The notes under the pieces: generated by a model
Database searches by the model: none
The model's input: the letters and a program-made list of their open reading frames with translations, nothing else
Told to the model about the DNA's origin: nothing
From: Cyanobacteriota bacterium
GTDB lineage: Bacteria > Acidobacteriota > Vicinamibacteria > Vicinamibacterales > UBA2999
Reading direction: 5' to 3'
DNA: 64,000 nt
NCBI GenBank assembly: GCA_019752015.1
Contig: JAIEMQ010000006.1
Location: forward strand, 421,118 to 485,117
Translations under genes and position numbers: made by a program
Part shown: positions 63,759 through 64,000 of the stretch, in pieces
Numbering within the stretch: position 1 is the stretch's first letter
Layout of the letters: every line of letters begins with the position of its first letter

Positions 63759-64000
63759 CATGTCAAGCGACTTGAAGAGCTGGCTGGCTTGCATCGTCAT
63801 CACTGCCGCGACAGCGGCGGCAACGGCCCGCGCGCAGCCAGTGTTTCGATCGGGGGTCGACCTCATCACCGTCGATGCGGCGGTGCTGGACGGCGACGGC
63901 CGGCCAGTGCCGTCGTTGAGCGCGGAGGACTTCCGCATCGACATCGATGGCCGGCCGCGGCGTGTTGTCTCTGCACAGTTTGTTGACCTGAGCGCGCCGA
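63759..64000 (+). CDS. VWFA-related secreted protein, N-terminal fragment (3' end off-window)
   Basis: It is not in the ORF track because there is no stop in the window. ATG at 63759 gives MSSDLKSWLACIVITAATAAATARAQPVFRSGVDLITVDAAVLDGDGRPVPSLSAEDFRIDIDGRPRRVVSAQF, the typical N-terminus of the acidobacterial VWFA-related family (from memory). Confidence 0.7.

Overview
This is a 64-kb high-G+C bacterial chromosomal segment. Hand counts of single 60-nt lines give 46/60 G+C at 5521-5580 and 24/60 at 27661-27720. The gene content suggests Acidobacteriota (inference): an ADOP-type MacB-like permease, a CarboxypepD_reg-fused TonB-dependent receptor, the N-terminus of a VWFA-related protein, DUF4139 and a GxxExxY protein.

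I support about 55 protein-coding genes, mostly envelope, stress and housekeeping functions. They include uvrA, lpxC, mtgA, an M1, an M48, an S8 and an S9 peptidase, a Cpx-like three-component module, an ECF sigma/anti-sigma pair, a peptide-type ABC importer and a PQQ dehydrogenase. I found no rRNA, tRNA, CRISPR array, transposase or integrase.

Most notable observations:
1. A co-oriented, partly low-G+C module at 23.8-31.4 kb encodes an excisionase-type HTH, a secreted S8 protease with 12 IIVWGN repeats, a membrane HD-GYP protein and a TPR-like sigma54 activator. The only correctly spaced -24/-12 promoter in the window precedes it.
2. Two paralogous TLC/Npt-like transporter-HEAT fusions are divergently transcribed, one with two cNMP-binding domains. 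Their start codons are 25 bp apart.
3. A GxxExxY gene is enclosed by nested inverted arrays of short tandem repeats.
4. Short-unit tandem arrays begin at or just past the stop codons of several unrelated genes.
5. There are many decayed genes: a P-type ATPase remnant, a truncated response regulator, a half ADOP permease, a gene frameshifted by a 20-bp duplication and an aminotransferase stump.
6. TAnnAT hexamers recur 6-8 nt upstream of start codons, suggesting leaderless mRNAs.

All family assignments come from motif recognition by eye. No searches were run.
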